This document shows, piece after piece, positions 1-10,142 of a stretch of 64,000 nt of DNA; the stretch's first letter is position 1; every line of letters begins with the position of its first letter. Made by a program: the position numbers and the translations under genes. The notes beneath the pieces are model-generated. The model was not told the origin of the DNA. It saw only the letters and a list, made by a program, of their open reading frames with translations, and did no database searches. Source of the stretch: an uncultured Gemmatimonadaceae bacterium (lineage in GTDB: Bacteria; Gemmatimonadota; Gemmatimonadetes; Gemmatimonadales; Gemmatimonadaceae); the NCBI GenBank assembly GCA_963716745.1, contig OY970320.1:2848001-2912000 (forward strand), in the 5' to 3' direction.

Positions 1-1041
1 ATGCGGCCGCTGGGCGCGCTGGTGTTCGGGATGCTCGCCGACAAGTACGGGCGGCGCCCCGTGCTGATGGTAGACATCATGCTTTTCTCGGTGCTCGAGC
101 TCGCATCGGCGTTCGCGCCGACGCTCGTGACGCTGCTCATTCTGCGCGCGGCGTTCGGCTTCGCGATGGGTGGCGAATGGGGGATCGGCTCGGCGCTCAC
201 GATGGAGACCATCCCCACTCGGGCGCGCGGCATGGCGAGCGGGTTCATCCAGCAGGGCTACGCGATCGGTTATCTGCTGGCGGCCGTCGCATACGGATTG
301 TTGTTCGAGCGCATCGGTTGGCGAGGGATGTTCATGGTGGGCGTTTTGCCGGCGCTGCTCGTGCTGTACATCCGGCGCAACGTGGAAGAGTCGCCCGTGT
401 GGCAGGAGATGCGCGCGAAGCCGCGGCAGCCGCTCGGCGCCGTGCTCAAGAAACGCGCCGGCCTTTTTGCGTACGCCGTTGTGCTGATGACCGCGTTCAA
501 TTTCTTCAGTCATGGTACGCAGGATCTCTATCCCACGATGCTGCAGGCGCAGCGCGGGCTGAGCACGTATCAGGTGAGCAGCATCGCCATCATCGCGAAC
601 ATCGGCGCGATCATCGGCGGCGTCACGTTCGGCATGCTCTCGCAGCGCATCGGGCGGCGGCGTGCGATCATCGGCGCGGCGTTGCTCGCGCTGCCAATTG
701 TCTATCTATGGGCGTTCAGCACAACTGTCGTGCTCATCGCGCTCGGCGCGTTCCTCATGATGATCTCGGTACAGGGCGCGTGGGGAGTGATCCCCGTGCA
801 TCTCAATGAGCTGTCACCTGGCGAAGTGCGCGGGACGTTCCCGGGATTCGTATATCAACTCGGGAATCTGCTCGCGTCGGTAAACGCCACGTGGCAGGCG
901 GCGTTCGCGGAGTCGCATGGAGGGAACTATGCGTTCGCGCTCGCCGTGGTCGCGGCGGGAGCGGCGGTGGCGATCGCGATACTCACGGCTGTTGGGCCAG
1001 AGGCGCATGGGGCCCGACTGGACGGGGACGTTTCGAGCTGA
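1..1041 (+). CDS. MFS transporter, sialate/carboxylate:H+ symporter (NanT/JEN-like), 5'-truncated by window edge
   Basis: MFS motif A (GMLADKYGRRP; GMLSQRIGRRR), FAMGGEWG, and NFFSHGTQDLYPT signature; many TM helices. Confidence 0.85.
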   Translation: MRPLGALVFGMLADKYGRRPVLMVDIMLFSVLELASAFAPTLVTLLILRAAFGFAMGGEWGIGSALTMETIPTRARGMASGFIQQGYAIGYLLAAVAYGLLFERIGWRGMFMVGVLPALLVLYIRRNVEESPVWQEMRAKPRQPLGAVLKKRAGLFAYAVVLMTAFNFFSHGTQDLYPTMLQAQRGLSTYQVSSIAIIANIGAIIGGVTFGMLSQRIGRRRAIIGAALLALPIVYLWAFSTTVVLIALGAFLMMISVQGAWGVIPVHLNELSPGEVRGTFPGFVYQLGNLLASVNATWQAAFAESHGGNYAFALAVVAAGAAVAIAILTAVGPEAHGARLDGDVSS

Positions 1042-1051
1042 CGGCATAACG

Positions 1052-1135
1052 GCCGGGAACCGATGGCCGGGAACCGGTGAGGAATAACAAAATATTTTGT
1101 CATGCCACACCGGTTCCCGGAAATCGGTTCCCGGC
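1052..1135 (+). repeat. Palindromic element family A, copy 1 (short interior)
   Basis: Arms CCGGGAACCGATGGCCGGGAACCGGTG / CACCGGTTCCCGGAAATCGGTTCCCGG; homologous to 19799 and 28671. Confidence 0.9.
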
Positions 1136-1137
1136 GG

Positions 1138-1461
1138 TCAGCCTTCGATCTTATAGATCTCCCGCTTCCCCGAATCCACAAGATCATGATACCCCTTCAT
1201 GATCTCCTCGAATTTCTTCATATCCTCCTTCGACCCCGGCGGGTTACTCATCATCTTCTCGAACTCCCCGAGATCCGCGACTTCCATTTCTGAAACGAGC
1301 ATCCAATACTGATCCGCACAGAAATCCGTCAGGATCCGCATCTTCGGCATTCCGATCTTGGCGCCGAGCTTATTCATCGCGACGAATTTCTCGACGAGCG
1401 GCCGGACCTTGCCGGGCTTGCAGTACATGATCTCGCGTATGAGATACATGTTGGCCTCCAT
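1138..1461 (-). CDS. Small dimeric alpha-beta barrel (NIPSNAP-like) protein
   Basis: 107 aa ORF (YLIREIMYCKPGK...REIYKIEG); GGAGG SD lies just before an internal ATG at 1449. Confidence 0.55.
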   Translation of the reverse strand: MEANMYLIREIMYCKPGKVRPLVEKFVAMNKLGAKIGMPKMRILTDFCADQYWMLVSEMEVADLGEFEKMMSNPPGSKEDMKKFEEIMKGYHDLVDSGKREIYKIEG

Positions 1462-1545
1462 AGCGAATGGTTGTCCAACGATGCCGTTCTCTCAATGTCT
1501 AAGCGGGTGCGAAACCGTCAAGTGCGCGCGCCGTATCCATCTTGT

Positions 1546-1606
1546 CAATCATGTTAATCCTGTCAAAGGCCTTTCAACAAACTGCTGGACAGGATTAACA
1601 TGATTG
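1546..1606. repeat. Palindromic element family B (9-bp units AATCMTGTY), copy 1
   Basis: Perfect 19-bp inverted repeat CAATCATGTTAATCCTGTC (1546-1564) / GACAGGATTAACATGATTG (1588-1606). Confidence 0.85.
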
Positions 1607-1639
1607 CGATGCTTGAACCGAACGCCAGAGGAGGTCGCC

Positions 1640-1867
1640 ATGCCCGATATCCTCCACCGTATCGGAGTGAACGCACCGGCCGAGCAGGTGTATGCATCGC
1701 TGGCCACTACCGAGGGGCTGCGGAACTGGTGGACCGATTCCACGACGGGCGATACGAAAGTGGGCGGCACGATCGGGGCGACGTTCCTGCTGAGTCTCCG
1801 TGACGACTTGGAGAGCGGCAAGGGACGGCCGGCGCCGCGTGACGTGAAGATCCACGTGGGAGACTGA
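1640..1867 (+). pseudogene. SRPBCC (AHA1-like) protein with in-frame internal deletion
   Basis: GAGGAGG SD; N-terminus MPDILHRIGVNAPAEQVY...GLRNWWT joined directly to the C-terminal helix ATFLLSLRDDLESGKG; only 75 aa. Confidence 0.6.
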
Positions 1868-1901
1868 GTGATACCAATGGCCGCCATGACCAAGAGGATA
1901 A

Positions 1902-2411
1902 GTGCTTAGACCGCCTCGGAATCTCTTCGCCGTGTGGATCCGCACCGGCGGCACCATCGCGCTCGTCGATTTTCTCTTCGCGAGCGCGCTCAGCGTGTAC
2001 GGCTACCACTCGACGTTCGAGCGGCTCTGGCAGGGCGTGGCGAGCGTCATGTTCGGGCCGATGGCGATCGGCAATCCGCTCATGACCTACGTCGGCATCG
2101 CGATGCACATCTGCGTCGCGTTCACATGGGCCGCCGTGTTCGTCGCGCTGCTCGCGAACTCGGCATTTCTTCGACGCGTCACGAGCATCCCGGCGGGCGT
2201 GCTAGTCGTGGCCACTGTGTACGGACCGCTTATCTGGTGCTTCATGTCTTTCGTCTGGATCCCGCTCTTCACGCACCGGCCGCCCACGGTCAACATGCGG
2301 TGGTGGATCCAGATCGCGGGACACGTGCTGTTCGTGGGCCTGCCGATCGTGTGGGCGGCGAGTCACTGGTTGGCCGCCCTGCGCGGCACCAAGAGCGAGG
2401 TCTCGCCGTAG
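1902..2411 (+). CDS. Hypothetical membrane protein (DUF1440-like, ~4 TM)
   Basis: Hydrophobic ORF with WQGVAS...G.AMH and GHVLFVGLPI motifs. Confidence 0.6.
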   Translation: MLRPPRNLFAVWIRTGGTIALVDFLFASALSVYGYHSTFERLWQGVASVMFGPMAIGNPLMTYVGIAMHICVAFTWAAVFVALLANSAFLRRVTSIPAGVLVVATVYGPLIWCFMSFVWIPLFTHRPPTVNMRWWIQIAGHVLFVGLPIVWAASHWLAALRGTKSEVSP

Positions 2412-2454
2412 TATAGAGCGAGGCGACGCGAACTCCTCTTCGAGCGAGGCGGGC

Positions 2455-3090
2455 ATGTGGAGCATGGTGGTCGAACTCTTCCAGGCCGCGATCTTCGGCG
2501 CGGCGCACGTGTGCGGCGGGAGTCTCGGTGCCGGGATCCTCGTGATCTCGGCGGCGATCCGCATCGCGCTGCTGCCGCTCACGCTGCGCATGGCGCGCGA
2601 GATGAACGCGCAGCAGGCGCGGCTCAAGGCGCTCGAGCCTGAACTCAAGAGACTCCAGGCACGCCACGGTCACGATGCGCTGAAGCTCGCGCAGGCGACG
2701 CAGGCGCTCCACAAGGCGAACGGGATCCGTCCGTTCGGCCCCGCGATGCTCACGAACTTCGCCGTGCAGATGCCGATCGCCGGCGGGTTCTTCGCGGCCA
2801 TTCGCAACGGACTTGGCGCCGGGGTGCGATTCCTCTGGGTGGGCGATCTCGCGCGCCCGGATCTCCTGCTGCTCTCCGTTACGTGTGCGCTGATGGCCGC
2901 CGGGATCTCCGCGGCGCCCGCACAGCCTGGCGCGCGGATCGTCGGCTATGGCCTGATCTTCGCGATCTCGATGGCGCTCATGTGGACGTCGTCGAGCGCA
3001 CTCGTGCTCTCCTTCGGCGCGGGGTCGGCGGTGTCGCTCGTGCAGAACCGCATCCTCGCGCGGGAACGGCGGATCGCCTCGGCACACTAA
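2455..3090 (+). CDS. YidC/Oxa1 family membrane protein insertase, short form
   Basis: IRIALLPL, LEPELKRLQARH coiled coil, VQMPI, FLWVGDLARPD, SLVQN. Confidence 0.8.
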   Translation: MWSMVVELFQAAIFGAAHVCGGSLGAGILVISAAIRIALLPLTLRMAREMNAQQARLKALEPELKRLQARHGHDALKLAQATQALHKANGIRPFGPAMLTNFAVQMPIAGGFFAAIRNGLGAGVRFLWVGDLARPDLLLLSVTCALMAAGISAAPAQPGARIVGYGLIFAISMALMWTSSSALVLSFGAGSAVSLVQNRILARERRIASAH

Positions 3091-3498
3091 ATGCGCCACG
3101 CGTTGGGAGCGACCCTGGAGTACTGGCCGACGATCGTCGCACTCGCGATCCTGGCGTTCGTGGAACTGCGGGCTGCGCCTTGGTCACTCATTTCGAAGCA
3201 GGCGATATGGGTCGGACTATCCTGTTGGATCGGAACGTTCGCCGTGTACGCGATTCGCGAGCAGGAGTACACAGTGCCGCGCGTCATCGTGTTCATGGTC
3301 TGGACCGGATTCCCGATCGTCCTGATGCTGGCCGGGCTGACCGCGATACGTCGGCTGACGCGGCGACCAGCGGCGCAGAGTATCGTTGAGCATAGTCTGA
3401 TGTCGCGCTGCTGGGACTACTGGTGCCCGTCGGGCTCATGCTCGCCTGCGGGATCGCCGGCGATTGCCTCTAGCAGAGTCGCTGCGATCAACCGCTAG
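3091..3498 (+). CDS. Hypothetical membrane protein (3' end may be frameshifted)
   Basis: Three hydrophobic segments; abuts the yidC-like stop codon. Confidence 0.4.
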   Translation: MRHALGATLEYWPTIVALAILAFVELRAAPWSLISKQAIWVGLSCWIGTFAVYAIREQEYTVPRVIVFMVWTGFPIVLMLAGLTAIRRLTRRPAAQSIVEHSLMSRCWDYWCPSGSCSPAGSPAIASSRVAAINR

Positions 3499-3508
3499 GA
3501 TATCTCCC

Positions 3509-4155
3509 ATGACAAACATCGTTCGCGATCACGGCGTGCGTATGCGCCGCCTTGGCCGCCGCTCGCGTGCGGCGCGAAGACCAGCGACAGCTTCGTCCGG
3601 GCTGCGCCTGGCGACTGGAGTTCCGCGCACTGGACCGCGATCCGGCGTGTCGAAGGCGGCAGTGTCGGCCGGCGCGCACCCGCCGAGTTCGACATTTGGA
3701 TGAAGGGCGACAGCGCACTCATTGGCGCCTCGATCAACGGCGACGAGATCCGCATCCTGCGCGTGGGCAAGGATGCCTACAGCTGGGTCACGGGACGGCC
3801 GAACGGCATGAAGTTCACCGCGCCCACGCTCGACGAGCGCCAGCTTGCCGTCGCTTCCGCAGATTTCGCGATCCGCGCCGCCGCGTGCAAGGCGAACGGC
3901 AAGAAGGGCAACACGGGCACGTTCGACGGCCATCCGTTCGTGCGGTACGATTGCCCGGTGGATGAGGATGGCGTCGTTCGCATCTACTACTACGCTACCG
4001 ATCTGCAGAATTTCCCGGTGCACGCGACGATCATGTATCCGGATAAGACGATCATCATCTACGACGCGAAGAACATCGAAGTGCCGGGCGAGGTCGCGGA
4101 CTCGCTGTTCACGCTGCCCATCGATGTCCAATTCGCGCCCGGGCCCGCGATGTAG
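3509..4155 (+). CDS. Putative lipoprotein (LolA/DUF4412-like fold); indels in signal peptide
   Basis: Frame of the 3700-4155 ORF stays open upstream to ...LAC-GAKTSD (lipobox); signal peptide reconstructable from ATG 3509 with two small indels. Confidence 0.5.
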
Positions 4156-4157
4156 CG

Positions 4158-4719
4158 ATGCGACAACTCTCCGTCTTCAACTTCCTCTCGCTCAACGGCT
4201 TCTACAAAGGCCCGAGCAACGACATCAGCTGGCACCGGCACGGCGAGGAAGAATCCGAATTCTCGCGCGAAGGTGCCGGCTCAGGCAGCACGCTGCTCTT
4301 CGGGCGCGTCACCTATGAGATGATGGCGACGTTTCTGGCCCACGCCGGCCGCGCAGCAGATGGACGCCGTTGTCGCCAACGGGATGAACGCCGCCGAGAA
4401 GGTCGTCTTCTCGCGCACGCTCAAGACGGCCAGCTGGCAGAACACACGCATCGTCTCCGGCGACATCGCGGCCGAGGTGCGCAAGATGAAGTCGGGCGCA
4501 GGGAAGGGAATGACGATCCTCGGCAGCGGCAGCATCGTTTCGCAGCTCGCGGCCGCCGGGCTCATCGACCAATTCCAATTCATGATCGACGCGGTCGCGC
4601 TCGGCGCCGGAACGCCGGTATTACAAGGAATCCCGAATCCCATCAAGCTGAAGCTCACCGATACGCGCGTCTTCAAGAAGAGCGGCACGGTGCTCCTCAC
4701 GTACGCGCCGGAAGCTTGA
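4158..4719 (+). CDS. Dihydrofolate reductase/RibD C-terminal domain family protein (frameshift ~4335)
   Basis: MRQLSVFNFLSLNGFY, LLFGRVTYEMM, KVVFSRTL, ILGSGSIVSQL split over two frames. Confidence 0.8.
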
Positions 4720-5892
4720 TGACCACCAGCGCCGCGCCGCGCGTGCGCATCGAATCCGTCGATGTCGTGCGCGGCGTGATCATGATCATCATGGCGCTCG
4801 ATCACACGCGCGATTTCTTCGGCATCCCCGGCCAGAATCCGACCGATCTCTCCAGCGCCAGCGCCGGCCTCTTCCTCACGCGCTGGATCACGTACTTCTG
4901 CGCGCCCGTATTCTTTTTGCTCACGGGCACGGGCGCGTATCTCGCGCTACGCCGCCGCACGGTCGCCGATCTCTCGAAGTTCCTCATCACGCGCGGGACT
5001 CTGGCTGATCTTCCTCGAGATCGTCGTGCTGCGCTGCCTGAGCTACCAATTCAATTTCGACTACCACGTCACGATGCTCCTCGTGCTCTGGGCGCTCGGC
5101 TGGGCGATGATCTTCCTGGGGCTCATCGTGCGATTGCCGGTGGCGGCCATCGTGACCATTGGTGTCGCGATGATCGTTGGGCACAACGCGCTCGACGGCC
5201 TCCGGATCAACAGCCCGCTCTGGAACATCCTCCATCAGCCCGGCTTCGTACTCAACACCGCGGAGCACGTGGTGTTCGTCGCGTACCCACTCGTCCCATG
5301 GATCGGTGTCACCGCGGTCGGCTACGCGCTCGGCGCCGTGTACAACTGGGACGCCGACCGCCGGCGTGCATTCCTGCTGCGCACCGGTCTCGCCATTACC
5401 GCGGCGTTCGTGATCGTGCGCGGGATCAACCTCTACGGCGATCCGCGGCCATGGAAGGCGATGGCGACGCCGCTCTTCAGCGTGCTCTCCTTCCTGAACG
5501 TGACCAAGTACCCGCCGTCGCTTTCCTTCCTGCTCATGACGCTCGGTCCGGCGCTGCTCTTCCTCTGGGCCGTGGACCGCGGCACGCCGCGTGTGCTCAG
5601 ACCGGCGCTCATCTACGGCAAAGTGCCATTATTCTACTATATACTGCACTTCTCGCTCATCCATCTGCTCGCCGTGATCGTGTGCCTCGTGCGGTACGGC
5701 AGCGCGCACTGGATGTTCGAGTCGCCGGATCTCGGCAACTATCCATTCACGCCACCGCCGGGCTGGGGTTATTCGTTGCCGGTGGTGTATGTCATCTGGG
5801 CGTTCGTGGTGATGATCTTGTGCTTCCCGATCTGCCGCTGGTACGCGGCGCTCAAACAGCGGCGCACCGACCCCTGGCTCAGCTATCTCTAA
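4719..5892 (+). CDS. DUF1624 / HGSNAT-like membrane acyltransferase (frameshift ~4998)
   Basis: RIESVDVVRGVIMIIMALDHTRDF, TRWITYFCAPVF, KYPPSLSFLLMTLG, WLSYL. Confidence 0.8.
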
Positions 5893-5916
5893 CTCGCACA
5901 TACGGAGACGTCACGC

Positions 5917-6312
5917 ATGAACGGAAGATCACTGTGGGCCGTTGCCGCCGGCGTGCTCGTTATCGTGATCGGGTCGACCGTTGTCGATCTTCTCCTGCAC
6001 GCGGTGCACTTCTTCCCGCCCATGGATCAGCCGATCACTGACACACAGGCCGCGGTCGCGACGGGCTATCGGTTCATCATCAGCGTTGGCGGCGCGTGGC
6101 TCACCGCGCGTCTCGCGCCGAGTGCGCCGCTCAAGCACGCGATCATCCTCGGCGTCGTCGGAACCGTGCTTGGACTGCTCGGCGTGGTCCTTACGTGGAA
6201 CATGGGCCTTGGCCCGCGATGGTACGCCGTGGCGCTCGCGGTGCTCGCGGTACCGCAGTGCTGGATCGGCGGGAAGATCTATCTCGCACAACATCCAGGA
6301 GTGGGCGCATGA
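5917..6312 (+). CDS. Hypothetical membrane protein (4 TM)
   Basis: GGAG SD; hydrophobic ORF with ARLAPSAPLKHA and GPRWY. Confidence 0.7.
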   Translation: MNGRSLWAVAAGVLVIVIGSTVVDLLLHAVHFFPPMDQPITDTQAAVATGYRFIISVGGAWLTARLAPSAPLKHAIILGVVGTVLGLLGVVLTWNMGLGPRWYAVALAVLAVPQCWIGGKIYLAQHPGVGA

Positions 6313-6772
6313 TCGAGACGCCGAGCATCGTCATGTCGACGAAGCAACTCGCGGCGGTGATCCATCTGACCATCCCGCGCGCGGACATCCAGAAAGAGAT
6401 GGGGCCGGCGTTCAAGGAGTTGATGGCGGCGGTGTCGGCGCAGGGCATCAAGCCCACCGGGCCGTGGTTCAGCCATCACTTCAAGACGGATCCGGCGACA
6501 TTCGATTTCGAGATCGGCGTGCCGGTGGGATCACCCGTGAAGCCGGTGGGCCGCGTCAAGATGGGTGAACTGCCCGCGCGCGCGTGTGATCCGCACGGTG
6601 TATCACGGTGGCTATGAAGGGCTCGGCGCCGCGTGGGGGGAGTTCGACGCGTGGATTACGAAGAATCGGCACAAGACGACGGGGGAGTTCTGGGAGATTT
6701 ACGCGGTGGGGCCGGAGACTACCAAACGATCCAGCGGGCATCCGAACTGAGTTGAGCCGTCCGCTCCAATAA
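6309..6772 (+). CDS. GyrI-like small-molecule binding protein (two indels, ~6580 and ~6725)
   Basis: FDFEIGVPV, GELPA, RTVYHGGYEGLGAAWGEF, WEIYAVGPE; reconstructed end RTELSRPLQ* at 6772. Confidence 0.75.
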
Positions 6773-6922
6773 CCGCAAAGGGCGGGGTTGGTACCGCGAG
6801 AGTCGCGTTAGCGTTGGCGTTGGGTACGGCGAGCTCCAGCGCGAATCCGCCGTCGCGGTGCCAGTCCCGCCTCATGCGTCCACACGCGCATTCTTGCGGT
6901 ACCAGCCTTCCGCCTCTCGCGG
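6773..6922. repeat. Palindromic element family C (21-bp unit), copy 1
   Basis: CCGCAAAGGGCGGGGTTGGTACCGCGAGA ... TCTTGCGGTACCAGCCTTCCGCCTCTCGCGG; fills the whole spacer between convergent genes. Confidence 0.75.
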
Positions 6923-7858
6923 TCAAGGTTTTCTGCGCACGTAGATCAGATCATATGAAGTAGACCATGTCTTCCCGCTATCTGCGGAAGTTTCCGAGAA
7001 TTGGCGCACCGTATCCGCGCTGATGTGAAAGAACGTCAGCTTCGTTGGCACACGGCCGAGTTTCCCGCCTGATGCCGGTGTGGTGCCCTCGAACACCATG
7101 TTGCCGTTCACGAGCGAGCCCGCGTAGTCATGCTGGCCGCCAAGATTATCCACCCACGTTTGGCGCCATTTTCCCACCGAGCGGTCGAAGATGTTGAAGC
7201 TCTGGCCCGTGGAGCCGCCGATACCATCCCAGTGCTCCATCACGACACAGCCGTCCTCCTCCATCGTGACGCGGTTGCGCGATGACGGCCCGCCCGCGGG
7301 CGCACCGTTCGGGCGCACATCCCAATCGCCCACCCAGAAATCGAATTCGCGGAATCGGGCGTCGTGGCGGCACGGATGCGCGATCGCATCGTAGGCGTCC
7401 ACGACCGACATCCACTCGCCATGGTTCTTGAGGCTCGCGAAGTGCGCGTCGCCGGCGAGGAACGGTGGCGGCAGGAAGTAACCCACTGCCGCGCCCCGCA
7501 AGAGTTCGGCGATCGCGGAGTCCGGCATCTTCAGCTCGGCGAACGCCTCGGCGAGACGGAACGCCGCGTTCCCCGTGGGGATGCCGAGCGTCTCGCCCAT
7601 TCGCAGATGCGGCAGCGCCTCGGCGGGTTTTCCGAGTTCGGTGAGCGTGATACCCATGCGGAAATGCGCGATCGCGTTCTTGGGATATTGCTTCGCGATC
7701 GCAGAGTACTGCGCGTTCGCCTCCTTCCAGTTCGATGCGTTGAACGCCGCCGCGGCGCGCTGCATCTGATCGGCGGACGGCGTGCCGCCGGCCTGGGCGC
7801 TGACACCGGGCGCGAGCGCGAGACGTAAGGCTACCAACGCGAACAGGATGTGGCGCAT
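6923..7858 (-). CDS. Secreted TPR protein with C-terminal DUF1579-like beta-barrel domain
   Basis: GGAGG SD, signal peptide, TPR-like helices, then FDFWVGDWDV...KWRQTWVDN...SADSGKTW. Confidence 0.75.
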   Translation of the reverse strand: MRHILFALVALRLALAPGVSAQAGGTPSADQMQRAAAAFNASNWKEANAQYSAIAKQYPKNAIAHFRMGITLTELGKPAEALPHLRMGETLGIPTGNAAFRLAEAFAELKMPDSAIAELLRGAAVGYFLPPPFLAGDAHFASLKNHGEWMSVVDAYDAIAHPCRHDARFREFDFWVGDWDVRPNGAPAGGPSSRNRVTMEEDGCVVMEHWDGIGGSTGQSFNIFDRSVGKWRQTWVDNLGGQHDYAGSLVNGNMVFEGTTPASGGKLGRVPTKLTFFHISADTVRQFSETSADSGKTWSTSYDLIYVRRKP

Positions 7859-7873
7859 GCGAGTGCCTCCAAG

Positions 7874-8788
7874 ATGACGGTGACGCAATCAAGCGTCGCG
7901 CGCGACGCGCCGCTTCCACGCCATTGCGCGGAGCCGCGAGCGTTCGACACCATCGTCTATGAGGGCGGCGGCGTGACGATCGGCCGCTTTCGGTGCGACC
8001 CGGCGCATCCCTCCTTCCGTGACACCGGCCCCATTCGCAACGCGGTGGTGGTGTTCCCGCGTACGAGCGTGTGGATCCGTCACGAGGGTTCGCAGCCGTT
8101 CGTCGCCGACCCGAACGTGATCACGATCTACGACCGCGGGCAGCGCTACGAACGATTCGCGATCGCCGAGTCGGGCGATCATTGCGATTGGATCGCGCTT
8201 GATGATGCGCTTGCGCGTGAAGTGGCCGGCGCGCACGACGCGGCGGCCGCGGAGTCGCCCGATCGTCCCTTTCGCTTCGAGCGCACGGCGGGCAGCGCCG
8301 AGCTGTACGCGTGGCAGCGCGCGTTGCTCGCATGCGCCGAGTTGGGGCGCGCGAGCGCGGTCGAGATCGAGAGTGAGAGCATGGAGATCGTGAGCGCGGT
8401 GCTTGGTTCCGCGCATGGGCGTGAGCGCGCGGCGCCGCCGCGCGCATCACGCGCCGCTTCGCGCCGACGGGATCTCGCCGAATCCGCGCGCGCGGAATTG
8501 GCGCGCACCGCGCACGAGAACCGGTCGGTGCGCGAGATCGCGCGCACGCTCGGCGCGTCGCCGTATCACCTGTGCCGGGTGTTCCGCGAGCACACGGGAC
8601 AGACGATGCACGGCTACCGCGTTGGGATCCGGCTTCGGCACGTAATGAACGAGATGGGATCGCGGAATCTCTCGGCGGTGGCGCATGCGGCGGGATTCGC
8701 GAGTCATGCGCATTTGGTGGCGGTGTGCAGGAGGGAGTTCGGTGTGACGCCGAGTGTATTGCGGGAACGGCTGAACGGCGGGGTATAG
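7874..8788 (+). CDS. AraC family transcriptional regulator (start uncertain)
   Basis: C-terminal double HTH: SPYHLCRVFREHTG, AGFASHAHL...FGVTPS. Confidence 0.9.
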   Translation: MTVTQSSVARDAPLPRHCAEPRAFDTIVYEGGGVTIGRFRCDPAHPSFRDTGPIRNAVVVFPRTSVWIRHEGSQPFVADPNVITIYDRGQRYERFAIAESGDHCDWIALDDALAREVAGAHDAAAAESPDRPFRFERTAGSAELYAWQRALLACAELGRASAVEIESESMEIVSAVLGSAHGRERAAPPRASRAASRRRDLAESARAELARTAHENRSVREIARTLGASPYHLCRVFREHTGQTMHGYRVGIRLRHVMNEMGSRNLSAVAHAAGFASHAHLVAVCRREFGVTPSVLRERLNGGV

Positions 8789-8790
8789 TG

Positions 8791-8910
8791 CCGCGAACGG
8801 CGGGGTTGGTACCGCGAACAGCGTGTGTGGCGTTGGCGTTACGGGTGCGCGGCTTCCCAACGCTAACGCTACACACGCATTTCGGCGGTACCAATCGCCG
8901 CCGTTCGCGG
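8791..8910. repeat. Palindromic element family C, copy 2
   Basis: CCGCGAACGGCGGGGTTGGTACCGC ... GCGGTACCAATCGCCGCCGTTCGCGG with inner stem GCGTGTGTGGCGTTGGCGTT / AACGCTAACGCTACACACGC. Confidence 0.8.
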
Positions 8911-8978
8911 TTCCAATCACGCCTTCTTAATCGTCCTAAGGGTGTGAGAAGCGACGCCGCGAGGTTATATTGAAAGAG

Positions 8979-10061
8979 ATGACCGAATCCACCCCTACTA
9001 TAGACTGGAACAAGATGCTCGCCCCGTACCGGAATCCGGTCGGGTGGAAGAGCGCGTTCCAACTCATTAGCACCGTACTGCTCCTCGCGGCGTTCTGGTT
9101 CGGCGCGGTGTGGAGCCTCAAAGTCGGCTACTGGCTCACGCTCATCCTGAGCGTGCCGGCGGCATTCATGATCATGCGACTGTTCATGCTGCAGCACGAT
9201 TGCGGACACGGATCGTTCTTCCGGTCGCAGCGCATGAACAATCTCGTCGGCGGCGTGCTCGGCGTCGTCACGCTCGTGCCGTACGCGTACTGGCGCCGCA
9301 CGCACGCGATCCACCACGCTACGAGCGGCAATCTGGATGTGCGCGGACTCGGCGACATCGATACGCTCACCGTGCGTGAGTATCTCAGCCGCTCACGGTA
9401 CAAGCGCGTTCTGTATCGCATGTACCGGCACCCCACCGTGCTGCTGCTGGTGGGTCCGACGTGGCAGTTCATCCTCAAGCACCGCATGCCGCTCGACATC
9501 CCGCGCGGCTGGAAGCGCGAGATCATCGGCGTGCAGATCACCAACCTTGCGCTGTTCGGTCTCATCGCGCTGATGTGGTGGCAGTTCGGGATCGTGAACT
9601 TCCTCAAGGTGCAGCTGCCGATCACGCTCGTGGCGGGATCGATCGGCGTGTTCCTCTTCTATGTGCAGCATCAGTACGAGGACACGTACTGGCGCTATCG
9701 CGAGAAGTGGAATTATTACGCCGCCGGCCTCGAGGGTGCGTCGCACCTCACGATGCCCAGGTTCTTCCAGTGGTGCACGGCGAGCATCGGCCTGCATCAC
9801 ATCCATCACATCGCGAGCCGCATCCCGAACTACGAATTGCAGCGCGCGTACGACGAGAATCCCGAACTGCGCAACGTGACGAAACTGTCGCTCTGGAAGA
9901 GCATCACGACGCTGCGCCTCACGCTGTGGGACGAGGATTCGGGGAAGCTGGTGGGGTTCCGGGATCTCCGCGCGATCAGGGACAGGATCGCGAAGGAGAT
10001 CGCTGCGGGCTCCGCGATCCTCGCGACCAAGCCGGAGGCGGTGCCGGTCTCCTGGCGGTAG
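8979..10061 (+). CDS. Fatty acid desaturase (Des/delta12-like)
   Basis: Three His boxes HDCGH, HAIHH, HHIHH. Confidence 0.92.
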   Translation: MTESTPTIDWNKMLAPYRNPVGWKSAFQLISTVLLLAAFWFGAVWSLKVGYWLTLILSVPAAFMIMRLFMLQHDCGHGSFFRSQRMNNLVGGVLGVVTLVPYAYWRRTHAIHHATSGNLDVRGLGDIDTLTVREYLSRSRYKRVLYRMYRHPTVLLLVGPTWQFILKHRMPLDIPRGWKREIIGVQITNLALFGLIALMWWQFGIVNFLKVQLPITLVAGSIGVFLFYVQHQYEDTYWRYREKWNYYAAGLEGASHLTMPRFFQWCTASIGLHHIHHIASRIPNYELQRAYDENPELRNVTKLSLWKSITTLRLTLWDEDSGKLVGFRDLRAIRDRIAKEIAAGSAILATKPEAVPVSWR

Positions 10062-10082
10062 AGTACTGCTGAGCAAGCCCGC

Positions 10083-10122
10083 AATGGCCGCGAACACTCA
10101 ACGTTCGCGGCCATTTGTTTTT
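10083..10122 (+). terminator. Rho-independent terminator
   Basis: AATGGCCGCGAAC-loop-GTTCGCGGCCATT followed by TGTTTTT. Confidence 0.8.
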
Positions 10123-10142
10123 GTCGTATTTCCCAAGAAAGG

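Noticed and set aside
4158..6041. 627-aa RibD-DUF1624 fusion protein
   Set aside because: Artefact of two indels linking parts of separate genes in one frame
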